Below, piece after piece: positions 1-8,701 of a DNA stretch of 51,370 nt. The notes under the pieces were generated by a model, which was not told the origin of the DNA, did not search any database, and was given only the letters and a program-made list of their open reading frames with translations. The translations under genes and the position numbers were made by a program. Every line of letters starts with the position of its first letter. The first letter of the stretch is position 1. The stretch is from an uncultured Nitrososphaerota archaeon (lineage in GTDB: Archaea; Asgardarchaeota; Njordarchaeia; Njordarchaeales; Panguiarchaeaceae): contig CAZWPQ010000006.1 of NCBI GenBank assembly GCA_964636085.1, positions 14,075 through 65,444 of the forward strand, written 5' to 3'.

Positions 1-16
1 GGATATAATTAGCTGG

Positions 17-104
17 GGGCCCGTGAGGTAGCTAGGACCAGTGCCACGGTCAACCTGGAGGCTTTCGGAGCCTCATGTCGCGGGTTCAAATCCCGCCGGG
101 CCCA
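17..104 (+). tRNA. tRNA-Arg(TCG) with ~12-nt non-canonical D-arm intron (about 42-53, position 22/23)
   Basis: Acceptor stem GGGCCCG/CGGGCCC-A, anticodon arm GAGGC-TTTCGGA-GCCTC, T arm GCGGG-TTCAAAT-CCCGC. The oversized D loop contains a GACC/GGTC helix flanked by 3-nt bulge positions. Confidence 0.9.
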
Positions 105-256
105 TTAACCCTGTAGGGTTATATGATAATCAATATACCAAAAGACTTTGCTTGGAGGGTCCATGATTTATGGTTTAGTGTACTTAGCTTTTTTTATAGA
201 CGGAGCGCTAAAATTGAGGATTCTTGTAGATTTTATCTGGTTATGAGAGTTGTAAA

Positions 257-1171
257 ATGAGTGGAGTTATCGAGAAAACTGGAAAGAGATTACTATTCCT
301 TTCATCGGTAATCGCAACTTCAGTAGTTTTGTTTATAGCTGTTATGATATTTGTTGGTTCTATTCCAGCACTTTCAAAGTTTGGTTTTAAATTGCTCGGC
401 ACCAAATGGAATCCGAATTTGGGGCAATATGGATTACTCCCATTCTTGATCAGTTCCATATACGTTGTTATAATCTCCCTTATCATAGCAGTACCTATCG
501 GTGTATTATCTGCTTTATTTGTCGTAGAATTCAGCCCAAAAAAAGTCAGAGAGCTACTCGAGGCTCTATTCCAAGTGAACTTTAGTATTCCATCCATAAT
601 ATACGGTTTTTGGGGCCTTATATTCATTATACCAATCCTTCGGGATAAAGTCCAACCATTTTTGATTAAATACCTAGGCTTCATACCAATATTCAGTGGA
701 AAACCAAGAGGATTTGGTGTTCTAGCTGCGGGCATTATACTCGCAATAATGATAATACCGCTGATAGCAGCCATTTCAATCGAAGTGATGAAGCTCGTTC
801 CAGAGGAGCTAAAACTCTCGGCATATGCTCTTGGTGCCTCTAAGTCTGAAGTCGCCTTTAGAGTCACACTTAAAGTCGCTTTTCCAGGAATAGGAGCGGC
901 CATACTACTAAGTCTTGGAAGAGCGATAGGGGAAACCATGGCAGTGCTATGGGTCACAGGAAATGTTGCAATGATACCAAAGTCGCTACTTGATCCATGT
1001 TACGTGCTCACAAGTGTCTTGGTTAATGAATTCGGTGCAAGTGTGGGAGATCCCTATCATACATCCGCACTTTTCTGTATTGCATTTGCCCTGCTGCTTA
1101 TCTCCACACTCTTTGTTGCATGTTCAAAATTTATAATTTGGCGTATTGAGAAACGATGGGGTAGGAAATGA
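257..1171 (+). CDS. pstC: Phosphate ABC transporter permease PstC
   Basis: Multi-TM protein with W-N-P-x3-YGLLP, IPSIIYGFWG, EAA-like loop SAYALGAS and LGRAIGETMAV. Confidence 0.93.
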   Translation: MSGVIEKTGKRLLFLSSVIATSVVLFIAVMIFVGSIPALSKFGFKLLGTKWNPNLGQYGLLPFLISSIYVVIISLIIAVPIGVLSALFVVEFSPKKVRELLEALFQVNFSIPSIIYGFWGLIFIIPILRDKVQPFLIKYLGFIPIFSGKPRGFGVLAAGIILAIMIIPLIAAISIEVMKLVPEELKLSAYALGASKSEVAFRVTLKVAFPGIGAAILLSLGRAIGETMAVLWVTGNVAMIPKSLLDPCYVLTSVLVNEFGASVGDPYHTSALFCIAFALLLISTLFVACSKFIIWRIEKRWGRK

Positions 1172-2013
1172 GAAAGATAATCAAGGATAGAATCGCATTG
1201 ATATTGCTTACAGCCACTACCATACTTGCTCTTTCACCCCTTCTATTAATACTGATCACATTATTCCGCACGGGATCCAAATATCTATCGATGTCGTTAT
1301 TGCTAACCTATCCTAAAAATCTGGGAAAAGAAGGAGGTATACTTAATGCCCTACTTGGATCTTTCATTTTAATATCGATCTCGCTCACTATATCTCTTCC
1401 CATATGTCTTGGGGCCGCCATATATCTAACCGAGTTCACCAAAAACAAAAAAATTAAGTCTCTCGCCGAGACCCTAGTGGAGATACTTGCCGGCGTCCCG
1501 TCCATAGTGTTTGGAATATTTGGCTATTATTTATTCGTATACACACTAGGTCTCGGGTTTTCGCTATTGTCGGCGTCGTTAACAATGTCGCTCATGATGA
1601 TACCCATCATGCTTAGAACAATTGAAGAAACGCTGGAACTTGTGCCAAAAGAAGTAAAATTATCTGCTTTTGCATTGGGAGCAACGGAGTGGGAGACTAC
1701 ATGGAATATTACGTTAAGAATGGCTACGCCGGGAATAATTACTGGATGTCTCCTCTCAGTAGGCAGAATCTTAGGCGAAACAGCTCCTTTAATATTGACG
1801 ACTGGTTATAACTTTAAAACACCCGTTAGCTTCCTAGAGGGCGTAGCAACACTCACCTTTACGATGTATGAGTATATTGAGCTAGGTGCGGCATATCCAG
1901 AGCTCTTAGGGAAAGCTGCTGCCACTGGAATCATATTGGTTACAATAATACTTATGATTGATATATTGACGCTATATTTATCGAAAAAACTCACAAAGAC
2001 GATCTTAATATAG
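1168..2013 (+). CDS. pstA: Phosphate ABC transporter permease PstA
   Basis: GGILNALLGS, LAGVPSIVFGIFG, ALGATEW and GRILGETAPL; ATGA overlap with pstC. Confidence 0.93.
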   Translation: MRKIIKDRIALILLTATTILALSPLLLILITLFRTGSKYLSMSLLLTYPKNLGKEGGILNALLGSFILISISLTISLPICLGAAIYLTEFTKNKKIKSLAETLVEILAGVPSIVFGIFGYYLFVYTLGLGFSLLSASLTMSLMMIPIMLRTIEETLELVPKEVKLSAFALGATEWETTWNITLRMATPGIITGCLLSVGRILGETAPLILTTGYNFKTPVSFLEGVATLTFTMYEYIELGAAYPELLGKAAATGIILVTIILMIDILTLYLSKKLTKTILI

Positions 2014-2030
2014 TGATTGTGAGAAATAGA

Positions 2031-2447
2031 TTACCTATAGCTTGTCTGGAACCTAGCTCTTGCTCCTGGGCCACCAAATTTCTTCATCTCTTTCCTTCTC
2101 ACGTCTTCGATTAAAAGATATCTATCATACTGGCGATAGAGCTTCTCTATGCGAGAGTCCTTAAAGAATTCTACTACTGCGCGGGCAATTGCGCATCGAG
2201 CAGCATACGCTCGGGATATTATCCCTCCACCTCTAGTTCTTACTCTGATATTTATACGCTGTACTAGGTCACCTATTAGGAGTAGGGGTTCAGATATTAA
2301 CAAACGTATATACTTATTCTCAATCGACTCAAGCCGCCTCCCATTTATGCGGACAATACCGCTTCCTTGGGTAATTATACATTTCGCTATTGCTGTTTTC
2401 CTGCTCGCGCTGGTAAGTATAACCTCTGGTTTTTCCTCATCCGCCAT
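2031..2447 (-). CDS. rps9: 30S ribosomal protein uS9
   Basis: RKTAIA, G-x-GIVRING and C-terminal KKFGGPGARARFQTSYR. The ATG at 2447 is preferred over the TTG at 2462, which overlaps the upstream gene. Confidence 0.96.
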   Translation of the reverse strand: MADEEKPEVILTSASRKTAIAKCIITQGSGIVRINGRRLESIENKYIRLLISEPLLLIGDLVQRINIRVRTRGGGIISRAYAARCAIARAVVEFFKDSRIEKLYRQYDRYLLIEDVRRKEMKKFGGPGARARFQTSYR

Positions 2448-2448
2448 A

Positions 2449-3480
2449 TTACTCCCGCTCAATCCTTATAATACTTGATGTTATTCCTCTTATATTAATT
2501 GTGATTATTTCACGGCATTTAAATTTCTGTAAGCGATGTATCAGTTCCTTTCTACATAATATTGCAGCATTGTTCCAAAAACTATTTTTTTCCATCAACA
2601 ATATTATCCTTTTAATCAATTCATCTTGACCACTTTTGCTTGGAGCCGTACTGACCAAGTTTGAACATACAATATCTATGTTGTCTCCGACGAAAAAATC
2701 AATATCCTTTCTCTGGATTGGATATCTAAACTTTATTGCTTTATTGGGCATTTCATAACAGGCAACACCATCTCGTTTGTCTTCCCAGTTCCTAGACAAT
2801 AATTCTATCACTCGGTTCTGTTCCACAACCTTTAGATTTACATATGTGGTATCCACTATTCTATCCTTAAGAGGGACATTATTTATATATTCATATGCTG
2901 ATTCGCATATACCATTATGAAAAATTTCGCCTAATCTATCGTCCCTAGAAAGCCCACTCGCTAGAATTATTAGACGGGAAACAATTTCATTAATATCATT
3001 CAAATCAAAACCCGTTATGTCAACACCCAACAAACATTCTTTCCCTACAATTTTCGCAATAATACTAACCTCTGGATTTTTCAAATCAACTTTGGGTCTT
3101 TTCCCCACTTCCTCTTTGAATCTATCCACAACACCTTGACCTACAAGTTTTCCCACATCATATCTACTCAGCGTGTCGGATTCTGGGGCTATTGCAAAGG
3201 ACATGTCTACATCAAAAATGCTTGCCCAATCTATCGCTTTAGACCGCTCATATAAATCACTTTTTGTGGCTATGTCAAATTTATCTAGAATTAGATACAC
3301 CCGGAAAATAGTCCTTGAGAACATAAACAAACGCACTATTGTTTCTGTAATGTCTACTGGATCAATTATTAGTATATCTTCCCCAAAGATCCCCCTCGGT
3401 CTGAATTTCTCGACAATCAAACCCAATTCATTCATAACAATTTCATCTGTTCTAGGGATTATTATTGCACCTATAAGCAA
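2449..3480 (-). CDS. THUMP-domain protein, Trm14/TrmN-like, with apparently degenerate methyltransferase domain
   Basis: THUMP signature DW...SFAI...VGQGVVD...PKVDLKNPEV...LGVDITG. No DPxCGSGT or NPPYG motif in the C-terminal half. Confidence 0.7.
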   Translation of the reverse strand: MLIGAIIIPRTDEIVMNELGLIVEKFRPRGIFGEDILIIDPVDITETIVRLFMFSRTIFRVYLILDKFDIATKSDLYERSKAIDWASIFDVDMSFAIAPESDTLSRYDVGKLVGQGVVDRFKEEVGKRPKVDLKNPEVSIIAKIVGKECLLGVDITGFDLNDINEIVSRLIILASGLSRDDRLGEIFHNGICESAYEYINNVPLKDRIVDTTYVNLKVVEQNRVIELLSRNWEDKRDGVACYEMPNKAIKFRYPIQRKDIDFFVGDNIDIVCSNLVSTAPSKSGQDELIKRIILLMEKNSFWNNAAILCRKELIHRLQKFKCREIITINIRGITSSIIRIERE

Positions 3481-3565
3481 CCTTATCCCCCCTAAGAAAA
3501 ATCAAATGTTATGATTTTAACAACACAATAATTAACTATTAATCAAGGTTTGAAGTGTTTTTGAA

Positions 3566-4711
3566 ATGATGGATGCATTCAAAGATGCTGCTTTCACCTT
3601 TATAAATATAGCGGAAAAAGCACTTGATAAAATCCTTGAAGAACAATCTACAACAATCCATAAATTGACCTCAATATTACAACACGCAAAGGAAAGACGA
3701 GTAATAGTACATACAGTGGGTATGGGGAGATCTGGTCTGGCTGCAAAATTCTTCGCTGATCTTCTCAAATTATATGGAGTAAAATCCTCTGTCTTGGGGG
3801 ATGTACTAGCAAAACCGGTAAATGAGGGTGACATAGTCTTTGCATTCTCTGGGAGTGGCTGGACCAACACAACCAATTTATATGCCGAGATGTGTATCAG
3901 GCGGAAAGCCATATTAGTAGCATTTACAGCCACAAAGGGATCCAAGCTTGCCAGGTTGGCAGATATATCCTTTTACTTGCCGGGAAAACCTATACTACAT
4001 ACGATGGATTATATAACTAGGAAGATCTTTGGAAAATACAAGTCCCCCTTGGCACCAATGGGGTCAATAACGGAGTTCTCAGCACTCGTCTTTGGTGCTG
4101 GTATTGCATCGACCATAGATTCTAGTAACCCAATAAACGAATTTGAAACATCCGTAAAAGCCATTGTAAGCACATGCAAGAAGTCTTTTGAGAGAGCCAC
4201 CAATAATATTGACGCCATCGCTAGAATCCTGAATATATATTTAGATGCAAGAAGCCACAATAGAACATGTTTCTTTTCTGGTTTAGGACTACTCGACTAC
4301 ATCACAAAAATGGTTGCGATTAGGTTCCAGCACTTGGGGCTCATAGTGGGTGGATTATCTGACTGGATTCTAAGAAAACCCCAAGATATACTCACGGCAG
4401 TCTCGGGATCAGGTGAGGCACCAATTCCACGAATACTCACGGAGGAGGCAAAAAAATCAAAAATGACAATTATAGCCATTACTGGAAACGAAAATAGTGC
4501 CATCACAAAATATGCCGATATTTATCTTATAGTTGAGGGGGCCGAGGATAGAAAAAAGTTTTTCTCGGTAGGGAGAGAACCTATAAGGAAATTCATACCC
4601 ACATTTGAAATCGCTACTTTGATGATATTTGAAGCTATCGTGGCCGAGATGGCATACAGATTGGGAATAACAGAAAAAGCAATGATGTCACTACATGCAA
4701 ATATTGAATGA
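3566..4711 (+). CDS. Tandem SIS-domain protein, 6-phospho-3-hexuloisomerase (HxlB/Phi)-like
   Basis: Two SIS repeats (GMGRSG...FSGSGWT; SGLG...VSGSGE), APMGS and PTFE motifs, C-terminal HANIE as in Phi (HANLE). Confidence 0.8.
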   Translation: MMDAFKDAAFTFINIAEKALDKILEEQSTTIHKLTSILQHAKERRVIVHTVGMGRSGLAAKFFADLLKLYGVKSSVLGDVLAKPVNEGDIVFAFSGSGWTNTTNLYAEMCIRRKAILVAFTATKGSKLARLADISFYLPGKPILHTMDYITRKIFGKYKSPLAPMGSITEFSALVFGAGIASTIDSSNPINEFETSVKAIVSTCKKSFERATNNIDAIARILNIYLDARSHNRTCFFSGLGLLDYITKMVAIRFQHLGLIVGGLSDWILRKPQDILTAVSGSGEAPIPRILTEEAKKSKMTIIAITGNENSAITKYADIYLIVEGAEDRKKFFSVGREPIRKFIPTFEIATLMIFEAIVAEMAYRLGITEKAMMSLHANIE

Positions 4712-4798
4712 CTCTTTTCTGGCGATGATTGTTGCTTGTGTATATATGACCAAAATAGGCTTATAAATCGACATTAGCACATGTGATTGGTGTAATAC

Positions 4799-4960
4799 AT
4801 GAGCAGATCGATAGTACAGATGACAGAACCAACAACAGGCCCAGCAGATAGGGCAAAACTATTCATCCCAAAAGACTGGGAATGCATAGAATACATAGAA
4901 AAGATAAGGTGCTTGAACCTAAGTACTGCTCTGGAAACTGGCATCGCCGGTGAGGGCTAA
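4799..4960 (+). CDS. Possible 53-aa small protein (MSRSIVQMTEPTTGPADRAKLFIPKDWECIEYIEKIRCLNLSTALETGIAGEG)
   Basis: ATG..TAA ORF in an intergenic gap, with TTATAAA at 4761 and an SD-like GGTG just upstream. No recognisable family. Confidence 0.3.
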   Translation: MSRSIVQMTEPTTGPADRAKLFIPKDWECIEYIEKIRCLNLSTALETGIAGEG

Positions 4961-5172
4961 ACCAGGGCATTTGAGAGAGTGCCTGAGAAACTTGCATGGA
5001 ATACTTGGGGAGTAGCCCGGTACCCTGCTGGGGGCTGGGTTAGTCCTTGGTGGGCTCGATGAGCCTCGGTGTATATATTTTTCAACAATCACCAGGGGGG
5101 GAGAGCCTTGAATTATAGAAAGATAATAATTGTGGTGAAGAAAACAGAATATCTAGTTGATGGGGGCCCTGA

Positions 5173-5823
5173 TTATAGCATCCTATATAGTTTCCTTAGT
5201 GCATCATATGTAGCATAAACAAAATTTATCGCTGTCCTTGTTCGCCCCAAGGTTTTTGTATATACATCTTGCATACCAGCCAACTCTAATACTCTTTTAG
5301 CACCTTCCCCCGCCACGAGACCCGTACCTCTTGGAGCTGGTATCAGATATATCCTTACACTCCCACTTTCTCCATATACCTTAAATGGCACAGAATGTGG
5401 CATATCGCAACGACATTCCCAACTCCCGCAACCCCTCATTATTGGTATAAGATTCTTCTTCGCATCATTGATAGCATCCTGAATCGAAAATCTAAGCTCT
5501 GGATTACCCCCTTTTCCCACTCCAATAAGACCATCTCTATTACCTATTACAACAACAGTTCTAAAACTCATTTTCCGGCCCGAATCTGTCATCCTTTGAG
5601 TAATTATAATATTCAGTATATATCCATATAAGCGCTCGCCGAGCCAGTCTACAATTTCAGGCTCAGGAATTCGATGAGTGTAGTAAAATACATCCCTTAG
5701 AGTAGTTATTCTTCCTTCCTTGACCAACTTACCTACATATGTCCTAGGTTTCCATGTAATTTCTAATTCTCCTGGCGGGATCAGTATCGATTCAGATGGT
5801 ATCTCACGAACCCTTATTACCAA
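5173..5823 (-). CDS. rps5: 30S ribosomal protein uS5
   Basis: WKPRT.VG.LVKEG, QRMTDSGRK, RGCGSWEC and PAPRGTGLVAG. Confidence 0.97.
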   Translation of the reverse strand: MVIRVREIPSESILIPPGELEITWKPRTYVGKLVKEGRITTLRDVFYYTHRIPEPEIVDWLGERLYGYILNIIITQRMTDSGRKMSFRTVVVIGNRDGLIGVGKGGNPELRFSIQDAINDAKKNLIPIMRGCGSWECRCDMPHSVPFKVYGESGSVRIYLIPAPRGTGLVAGEGAKRVLELAGMQDVYTKTLGRTRTAINFVYATYDALRKLYRML

Positions 5824-5825
5824 AC

Positions 5826-6455
5826 TTACTCCCCTCCCTCAATCCAATCGGGAATCTCCACTTTAAATTCCTTAGCAATGTTTTTAAGTGTATTCAAGAA
5901 ATTTTCAGATATTTTTTCTGGCGAAATCTTCTTCGATAAATAATCATTAAATTGCTTTTGATAAATTTCCTTACTATCTTCCTTTAGTGTTTTTGCATAC
6001 TCCTCAATATGCTTACCTATTATTCTTTCAGAAGAAGGAAAGACCTTTTCATTATGAGGAATGTTCACTCCCGCGTCTATTAGGCCCTTAAGTGCGGCAT
6101 ATATCCGCCCACCATATGTGGATCTCTGGGGCCCTATGTCTAAAATAGCATATTTGATCCCTGCTTTTTTAGCTTTTAATCCAGCAAGAAAACCCGTAAG
6201 ATAGGCTGCAGGGGTATTCCCGCAATTATATTGCCAACCATATTTTCGTAATTCGAGAGACTTTGTGAATAAAAGTGTTCTGTCACCATTGAGCTCCGAC
6301 TTTACAAATTGAACAATTATGTTTCTTAGACTTTTCCTTACTACTGCACGAATTTTTCCAGATAATAGCATCCTATATCTCGCATAGTAGTCAGTTTTGC
6401 CTTCTCGTCTCCGTCGCCAAGCAACACGATATGCTTTTCCAAACCTCTTCCTCAA
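5826..6455 (-). CDS. rpl18: 50S ribosomal protein uL18
   Basis: RRRREGKTDY, NTPAAYLTG and AILDIG. Confidence 0.97.
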   Translation of the reverse strand: MRKRFGKAYRVAWRRRREGKTDYYARYRMLLSGKIRAVVRKSLRNIIVQFVKSELNGDRTLLFTKSLELRKYGWQYNCGNTPAAYLTGFLAGLKAKKAGIKYAILDIGPQRSTYGGRIYAALKGLIDAGVNIPHNEKVFPSSERIIGKHIEEYAKTLKEDSKEIYQKQFNDYLSKKISPEKISENFLNTLKNIAKEFKVEIPDWIEGGE

Positions 6456-6967
6456 CTCTGCCCACCATATTTAAGAAGTATCTCTTTCTTCCAGTCATCG
6501 GGTATGGGTTTTACATTTAGTTCATGCTCCCTAATATAGCTAATAATATGTGCCTTACTCTTGAATACCCCTGCCTTTGCCATTCTTCGTAACTTATTGT
6601 AAGTATTTGGAGTTATTATTCCTGCATATTTTAATGCCCTAAGAATCCTACGAATTGCCCTAATCCTAATTACCCATACATATGAACCACCCATGCGGGC
6701 CTTTTTTGTTCCTTTTTTCTTTCCAGGACCTCTTCTTCTACCTTTTCGCTTTTTCATTGCTCTTATGTTTGCTCTGTGATGCGTTGTACCCTTTATAGGG
6801 CGTTTCCATATTTTTCTCTCCTTTATTAGGCGCCGTATCTCCTCCTTTGTCACGGCTGTTTCAACCTCATCTATAGCATCAGGGTCTATCCAGACCCTAT
6901 TGATGCCACAGCCCAGTATTTCCGCAGCTATACGCCTCTGAGGTAATAGCTTTCTTGGCATAATCAC
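6452..6967 (-). CDS. rpl19e: 50S ribosomal protein eL19
   Basis: QRRIAAEILGCG..RVWIDP and GRRRGPGKKKGTKKAR. Confidence 0.97.
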   Translation of the reverse strand: MIMPRKLLPQRRIAAEILGCGINRVWIDPDAIDEVETAVTKEEIRRLIKERKIWKRPIKGTTHHRANIRAMKKRKGRRRGPGKKKGTKKARMGGSYVWVIRIRAIRRILRALKYAGIITPNTYNKLRRMAKAGVFKSKAHIISYIREHELNVKPIPDDWKKEILLKYGGQS

Positions 6968-7644
6968 TCCCCCAGCTCTTCCTCGATCTTCTTAAGTTCC
7001 TCCTCAAGACTCTCCTCAGATGGCACGCCCTCCTCTTCCTCATGTTCCTTTGCTGTTTCTTTAGTCTCTATTTTTTCTATCTCCTCCGCTAAGGCCCGCT
7101 CGATTTCTTCTCTTGTTTCCTCTTTAGTTACTTCAGTCTCCGCCTCTATTTCTCGCGCAATAGCCTCGATCTCCTCGGGTTTTGGACGCTCAATTGGTGC
7201 TTCTACAGGTATTACCTCTGGTATGCGGCCTGGATTTAATACCCTAATGCCAAATCTCTCTGCGAATTTTATTATTTCAAGTCGTTTTCTACCACCAACA
7301 TTAGAGGCTATTCTCACGACCTCATATTGTGGATTTATATTATATAAGTCCCTGACACGATATACTAGTACCTCTCGTTTAAGTGACGGATGTAAATATC
7401 TAACAAGCTTTGGTGTCCTATAACCAATCTTAACAAGTGGGGGTCTACCTTTTAATTGGAGACGAGCCTTGTTGTCCCTGCCCTTGGGGTAACGCCAACT
7501 TTCATCTAGTTTTTCCCACCGCCACGACATATAGCGCTTGAAAACTCTTCTCCTTGTTCTCTTCACTTTCATTAGTCTTCTCATTTCCTTGGCTATTACA
7601 TCGCTAGTGTTATTAGAGATCATCGATACCACAGTGAAAATCAT
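6964..7644 (-). CDS. rpl32e: 50S ribosomal protein eL32 with long acidic C-terminal extension
   Basis: WRYPKGRDNK, IGYRTP, LHPS and VGGRKR..I...GIRVLNP, followed by an ~85-aa Glu-rich tail. Confidence 0.93.
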   Translation of the reverse strand: MIFTVVSMISNNTSDVIAKEMRRLMKVKRTRRRVFKRYMSWRWEKLDESWRYPKGRDNKARLQLKGRPPLVKIGYRTPKLVRYLHPSLKREVLVYRVRDLYNINPQYEVVRIASNVGGRKRLEIIKFAERFGIRVLNPGRIPEVIPVEAPIERPKPEEIEAIAREIEAETEVTKEETREEIERALAEEIEKIETKETAKEHEEEEGVPSEESLEEELKKIEEELGE

Positions 7645-7818
7645 TCATTTTCTTAATCTAATTAGGTTTATAAATCATCGATTTTAATCGATCAATATCC
7701 CGATTTACCTTCCGAATTCCCCAGCTATGTTATGTTCTATTAGAACCAATGCTCAGAAAGAAAAAATAATTTGGATACACTAGATAAAGGGTTCATCAAA
7801 GAACTACATACTGACCTC

Positions 7819-8139
7819 TTATTTCTCCTCTATTAACTCTGCAAAAATCTCGGCCAATCTTCGGCCCCGGTCCGTTAGCCGATATATCTTCTCTACAATA
7901 AACCCCCCACGTTCTACCGATCTTTCTTCCACAAGACCATATTTCTTAAGTTCTGCCAACTTCCTAGATGTGGTTCTAGGTTGCGGAGAGCCATACTTAA
8001 AAGAATACCTATTAACATCACCTACATTTGCCTCGCCCCCCGCATCTCGAAGGGCAAGTAACGTCATAACGGCATATGGATCAAATATTTTTAAGACGGA
8101 ATAAGAATTCCTAACCCTATATACTCTCATACTAAACAT
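7819..8139 (-). CDS. Winged-helix (HxlR/MarR-like) transcription regulator
   Basis: PRTTSRKLAELKKYGLVEE...YRLTDRGRRLA winged-HTH pattern. Confidence 0.8.
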   Translation of the reverse strand: MFSMRVYRVRNSYSVLKIFDPYAVMTLLALRDAGGEANVGDVNRYSFKYGSPQPRTTSRKLAELKKYGLVEERSVERGGFIVEKIYRLTDRGRRLAEIFAELIEEK

Positions 8140-8314
8140 ACACCTCTATTCCTAGTAAAACACTAGTAATGAAGACTATATTTAAATAAACTCATTTAGA
8201 CATTGCACAGAGAACACAAACGTTTATCAACGCAAAATTTTTTCCGATAAAAAACCAAAAAGTCTATAAAAAGAGCATATTAATAAACCAGATGGATTAA
8301 CACCCGTGCGAGTT

Positions 8315-8646
8315 TATGGCCTTGGGCCCCCCTAAGCCCCCTTCTGTTTCGGGCGATGGCCCTAGCGGGATTTTACTAAGCGGTCAATGCCAGCTCACCA
8401 TCACTGGCATGTCATTCCTTAGTCCCGCGGAGGAGGCCCGTCTCAACGTTCCCCCACCGCTCATCCGTGGGTTAACTCGGGGACCGTTGCCAGCCCCTTC
8501 ACCACATCATCTTCACCGCGGTGAGGACGTGTCGTTTCTTTGCCTCTACAGGGGGTTTACCCCCTGCGGCTTGCGCCGCTCCGCTTCCATGGGACGGGGG
8601 ACTTTTCACCCCTGACGGGGAAACCCGCTAGAGACCCAAGGCCATA
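8315..8646 (-). ncRNA. rnpB: RNase P RNA
   Basis: GC-rich island. Terminal P1 TATGGCCTTGGG/CCCAAGGCCATA; CR-I GAAAAGTCCCCC pairs (P4) with CR-V AACAGAAGGGGGCTTA; GCAAAGAAAC and TTGAGAC conserved loops; K-turn-like GATGA motifs. Confidence 0.93.
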
Positions 8647-8701
8647 TAATATAATGGATTTGAGTCCTTAAAAATATACGTTTAAATTAAAAGAGACACT
8701 C

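Noticed and set aside
241-957. Long antisense ORFs (also 15573-16298, 16754-17344, 26764-27309 and others)
   Set aside because: Shadow frames of well-supported genes on the opposite strand.
4960-5110. TPP or yybP-ykoY riboswitch, or SECIS (CTGAGA; TTGGGGAGTAGCC; ATGA...GA)
   Set aside because: Only isolated motif fragments match, there is no downstream gene on that strand, and no in-frame Sec TGA is upstream.
4963-5171. Second, minimal RNase P/MRP-like RNA (GAGAAACTT...AACAGAA...GTTGA, CAGGGC/GCCCTG ends)
   Set aside because: The putative P4 helix has a mismatch and G-U pairs, and there is no room for P2/P3. Kept only as an unexplained structured element.
8316-8615. 99-aa ORF on the + strand
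   Set aside because: Antisense to RNase P RNA; a GC-driven spurious ORF.
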